In this document: positions 61,382 through 61,468 of the stretch, piece after piece | Position numbering within the stretch: position 1 is the stretch's first letter | Layout of the letters: each line of letters begins with the position of its first letter | Source of the DNA: Acidimicrobiales bacterium | Lineage (GTDB): Bacteria > Actinomycetota > Acidimicrobiia > Acidimicrobiales > SZUA-35 | Assembly (NCBI GenBank): GCA_047971245.1 | Contig: JBKDZN010000165.1 | Span: 1-61,468, forward strand | Length of the DNA: 61,468 nucleotides | Direction: 5' to 3' | Notes under the pieces: generated by a model | Databases searched by the model: none | The model's input: only the letters and a program-made list of their open reading frames with translations | What the model was told of the DNA's origin: nothing | Position numbers and translations under genes: made by a program

Positions 61382-61468
61382 CCAGTATCCGCACTCAGCT
61401 CTACCGGGGGACGAACCGGTTCGACTTCGCCCCGGTCTGGCGCCGCTCGGTGGTCGCCTCCACGGTGC
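61378..61468 (+). CDS. secF: SecF N-terminus (3'-truncated by window edge)
   Basis: ATGA overlap with secD; MTSIRTQLYRGTNRFDF resembles the actinobacterial SecF start; synteny. Confidence 0.8.
   Translation, partial: MTSIRTQLYRGTNRFDFAPVWRRSVVASTV

Overview
A very GC-rich, gene-dense bacterial chromosome segment with about 57 CDS. Gene content points to Actinomycetota; Acidimicrobiia-like is my inference. I see no rRNA, tRNA, CRISPR array or transposase. Left part (1-40.6 kb): mixed metabolic and accessory genes. These are a BCCP-carboxyltransferase fusion, a sulfotransferase plus two-component system and ABC exporter, redox enzymes, an MFS pump, gdhA, a Wzm/Wzt glycan locus with two methyltransferases and a tandem GT4 enzyme, a cobalamin block (B12 radical SAM, TetR, meaB, single-chain methylmalonyl-CoA mutase), an LpdA-like flavoprotein, a K+ channel, accA/birA, two M23 peptidases and fabI. 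Right part (40.7-61.5 kb): the conserved actinobacterial thrS-HIT-pgsA-acyltransferase-pimA-pdxST-yebC-ruvCAB-yajC-secDF block, preceded by an MshC-like ligase and with queA-tgt inserted. Best leads: (1) tiny ORFs coupled by NTGA overlaps that bridge intergenic gaps at three loci, including a 26-aa poly-Thr ORF coupled to both ruvC and ruvA; (2) a B12 radical SAM gene 7 nt upstream of the wzm-wzt glycan exporter, next to a WbdA/WbdD-like methyl-capping glycan system; (3) a TGT lacking all three zinc-binding cysteines; (4) TANNNT boxes 6-8 nt before at least 17 start codons, suggesting widespread leaderless mRNAs. All functional calls come from motif recognition by eye; no database searches were run.
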